This document shows, one piece after another, positions 61,601-64,000 of a stretch of DNA of 64,000 nucleotides. Source of the stretch: Ginglymostoma cirratum. Its lineage: Eukaryota. The notes below the pieces were generated by a model that was not told the origin of the DNA, searched no databases, and worked only from the letters and a program-made list of their open reading frames with translations. The stretch covers positions 6,969,573 to 7,033,572 of the forward strand of contig JAHRHZ010000084.1 in assembly GCA_024137785.1 (NCBI GenBank), given 5' to 3'. The first letter of the stretch is position 1; every line of letters begins with the position of its first letter. The translations under genes and the position numbers were made by a program.

Positions 61601-63471
61601 TGTGAACTACATTAGGATTTTCAGAAGGCTGCTCGTAAGGGAGCCCACAAACATTTAGTTCGAAAAATTCAAGCAAATGGCTCAGAACGTAATGCACTGG
61701 CATGGATTTAACATTAGTTTCAGTGTTCGCCTGTATAGGAAGAAGTGGGCTATTCTCTCATTAACAGACGTGACTAGTGGGGAACTACGGTCCAGCTGTT
61801 CACAATGCAAATCAATGATTTGGCTGTCTGTAGCCAAAGTAATTTTATTTTTCAAATTTGCAGGAGTGTGTGTTGAGAGAAAGATGTGAAATATTTCAGC
61901 AGGATTTGGTCAGGCTCTGATTGGGAAAGAATGTGCCGTGTGGAATAAAATGTGGAAAAACATCAGATTATCCACTTTAGCAGGAAGAACAGGTGTGCAC
62001 AGGTTTCCATAAAAACTGAGAGCTTGGAAAATATCGGTGTTCAAGGGTACCTAGCTGTCCTTGTCAATAAATCACTGAACATTAACATGCAGCTACAATA
62101 CGTTTGTAGGAAGGCAGAAAGAAAAATAAACATTAATGCAAGAGAATGTGCGCACAGTGGTAGTGAATCTTTGCTTAAATTATGAAAGAAATTAGTTCAA
62201 CTTATGGGTGAGTGATAAATGCTGGCCCAGCCAGCGACACAGTCATCTCATGAATGAATGAAGGAAAGTAAACAACACATGGAGTACCACGTGCAGTTTT
62301 GGTCTCATTCTGTCGGGAAGTTAATATTTCCATCATGGGAGAACAACAAAGAATCACCAGACTTGTTCCAGAATGGCTGGATTGTCTTATGAAAACAGAT
62401 TGGACAAACTGGGCCCATATTCCTTAGTGTTTCATACAAGAAGAGGTGATCTCATTGAAAACGACAAAATACTTAAAGGGATGGACAGTTGAGATGCAGA
62501 TGTTTCCCCTGACAGGGGAGTCTAGAATAAGGAGGCACAATTTAAAAACAAGAGGGATGCCACTTAGGTCTGAGATGAAGAGAAAACCACTTTTTTAAAC
62601 AGCAGTTGATTATCCATGGAAATCACCAGAACAGAGGACTGTGGAAGCTCAGTTTTTGAGTACGTAGACAGGGCGGCACGGTGTCTCAGTGGTTAGCACT
62701 GCTGACTCACACCCTTGGGTGACTGTCTGTGTGGAGTTTGCAGATGATCCCGCGTCTGCGTGGGTTTCCTCCGGGTTCTCCAGTTTATCCCACAGTCCAG
62801 ACATGTGCAGGTTCGGTGATTGGCCATATTAAATTGCCCATAGTGTTCAGGGATGTGTAGATTTGGTGGGTTTTCGGGGGATGGGTCTGGGTGGGATACT
62901 CCGAGGGTCGGTGTGAACTTGTTGGGCTGAAGGGCTTGTTTCGACACTGTATGGATTCTATGGTAATAAATTTCTTACTACATACAGAGTGGTGCGGGGA
63001 TGGGGTAGGGAGCTGATTTGGAAAGAAAATATGCATCTTGTTCTCTGGTTCAGGTTGGAACTAGGAACTTGTTGATCTTTCTGATATATTAGATTCTTTT
63101 TGAAAACAATTCCTACCAAATGCAGTAAACCCACAACATGCTCGATTTCACAACGAAATAAGTATTGTTCTTACCTGGAATGAGAACAGTGTAATTTACC
63201 CAGGTTGGATCCGTGAGAGTAGAGTGTGATACCTCACAGACATAAACAGTTCCAGTATGAGCTGGCTCTTCATCTGTCAGAAAACTGGTAACTTCATATA
63301 GTCCTTCAGCATTCTTAGTTCTGAATGTTTCTACTCCAGTTCCAACATTTTGACCATCTTTTCGCCAAGCAATAGTATAATTATCAGGATAGAACGCGGA
63401 CGTTTTACATATACATGTTAGAGAGCCATTTGCAGAAAATTCCGAAATAATCTTCAGAGGATGTGGAGAAG
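55534..63471 (-). CDS. Gene B (partial; leader and V lie beyond the window end): C1-TM-cytoplasmic IgSF receptor paralogous to gene A; join(63175-63471, 59929-60042, 55534-55688)
   Basis: Phase-1 GT-AG exons in the same order and orientation as gene A; the TM exon has the identical 114-nt length. Confidence 0.8.
57152..57179 (-). ncRNA. Minimal type I hammerhead core (intact)
   Basis: Minus strand CTGATGA-A-GGGT(ttag)GCCC-GAAA-C-GTC. Confidence 0.75.
57199..57598. other. Assembly gap (400 N)
   Basis: Run of N. Confidence 1.
57625..57652 (+). ncRNA. Minimal type I hammerhead core (intact)
   Basis: CTGATGA-A-GGGT(ttag)GCCC-GAAA-C-GTC. Confidence 0.75.
58350..59060 (+). mobile_element. CR1 RT fragment
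   Basis: cctcagggatcagttttgggacc (PQGSVLGP), ttttgcggatgac (FADD). Confidence 0.85.
59061..59840 (-). mobile_element. CR1 RT fragment, opposite orientation
   Basis: ORF 59217-59504 SQHGFVQGKSCLTNLIEFFEEVTKKIDEGRAVDVV..SKAFNK; ORF 58911-59213 QGSVLG. Confidence 0.9.
59929..60042 (-). CDS. Gene B transmembrane exon DSGFSESFSCWIYICVAVSSLLLIIMALVMCCKCCKRQ
   Basis: Acceptor tgtgtttctcgcag|AT, donor CAAG|GTATGG; 114 nt. Confidence 0.9.
61400..62668 (+). mobile_element. Decayed CR1 RT/3' region
   Basis: actgcagacctttcagccttacatctgtagttcgggaaatgctagaatc (NYRPVSLTSVVGKMLES-like); the 3' region resembles a CR1 ORF2 end. Confidence 0.75.
62669..62960 (+). mobile_element. HE1-like tRNA SINE
   Basis: gggcggcacggtgtctcagtggttagcactgctgactcac head, gtctgcgtgggtttcctccggg core. 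Confidence 0.88.
63175..63471 (-). CDS. Gene B C1-set exon
   Basis: Acceptor caattttcatag|CT, donor CCAG|GTAAGA; ASPHPLKII..LTCICKTSAFYPDNYTIAWRKDG..EGLYEVTSFL..YVCEVSH. Confidence 0.95.
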
Positions 63472-63608
63472 CTATGAAAATTGAAAAAAAAAAGGTTTTG
63501 TAATTTCCAAGAGTGCATTTACAATACATATCTTTGGGCTTTATCAATCATCAGTGTAGTTGTTCTTTATCTATTAACTGGTTTGAAGAATTTTTTGATA
63601 GGGTTGTG

Positions 63609-63654
63609 AATTACTGTATTAATTCTAATTACTGTATTAATTACTGTATTAATT
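63609..63654. repeat. Three copies of AATTACTGTATT
   Basis: 63609-63620, 63627-63638, 63639-63650. Confidence 0.85.
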
Positions 63655-64000
63655 TTAGAGCATGGCTGCTGAGAAAAATCACACTAATATTAAATACAAA
63701 CTCGAGGTATTTGCAACACATTGTACTGTCAAAAGGCAGCATACAAAAATGTAGATTCTGCAACAACTTACTGAGTGAATACATTATTTATTGGTAAAGT
63801 CTCTGGTCTACATTGAATTAATTATTGCTGTTTTGAATGATTCTAATAGGCCCAACCTCAAGTCCTAATGGCTCCAGAGGTGTGTCAATAACATCCCCGA
63901 ACAGGTTGATTACAAATATCTCTGAGACTAAGTCGGGAAAGATAAATGAGCCATTCTTCAAATTGCTATCCAATGATGCCTTGGAAAATGAGATAACAAG

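Noticed and set aside
1-64000. CRISPR arrays, prokaryotic operons, rRNA/tRNA genes, RSS-flanked rearranging V/D/J segments
   Set aside because: None seen. The tRNA-like heads belong to SINEs, and no heptamer-spacer-nonamer flanks the V exons.

Overview
Eukaryotic (vertebrate) genomic DNA, AT-rich and repeat-dense. The repeat set (HE1-type tRNA SINEs, CR1 LINEs, Penelope fold-backs) points to a shark, probably a carpet shark (inference from recalled repeat families). The genic content is a cluster of non-rearranging immunoglobulin-superfamily receptors. Gene A (minus strand, 27002->16258, 7 exons reconstructed by hand, 963 nt CDS, 320 aa) has leader, compact germline-joined VJ-type V domain, C1 domain, TM and a tail with ITIM (VHYSAV) and ITSM (TVYGR-I/V). 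Gene B (minus strand, 5' part beyond the window end) shows C1 (63175-63471), TM (59929-60042) and a probable tyrosine-free Cys-containing terminal exon (55534-55688). A decayed V pseudo-exon lies on the plus strand (7495-7797), and a decayed paralogous promoter/V start lies at about 37.1-37.9 kb. The rest is transposable elements: CR1 and Rex1-type LINE fragments, SINEs, two decayed Gypsy LTR elements, and a graded series of Penelope-like fold-back insertions. One Gypsy is Gmr1-like, with a 304-bp near-perfect internal inverted duplication and an antisense glycoprotein-like remnant. The fold-backs have 13-15 bp target-site duplications and carry minimal hammerhead-ribozyme cores on both strands. 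Two assembly gaps are present. All exon and motif calls were read manually; no database searches were run, and repeat boundaries are approximate.
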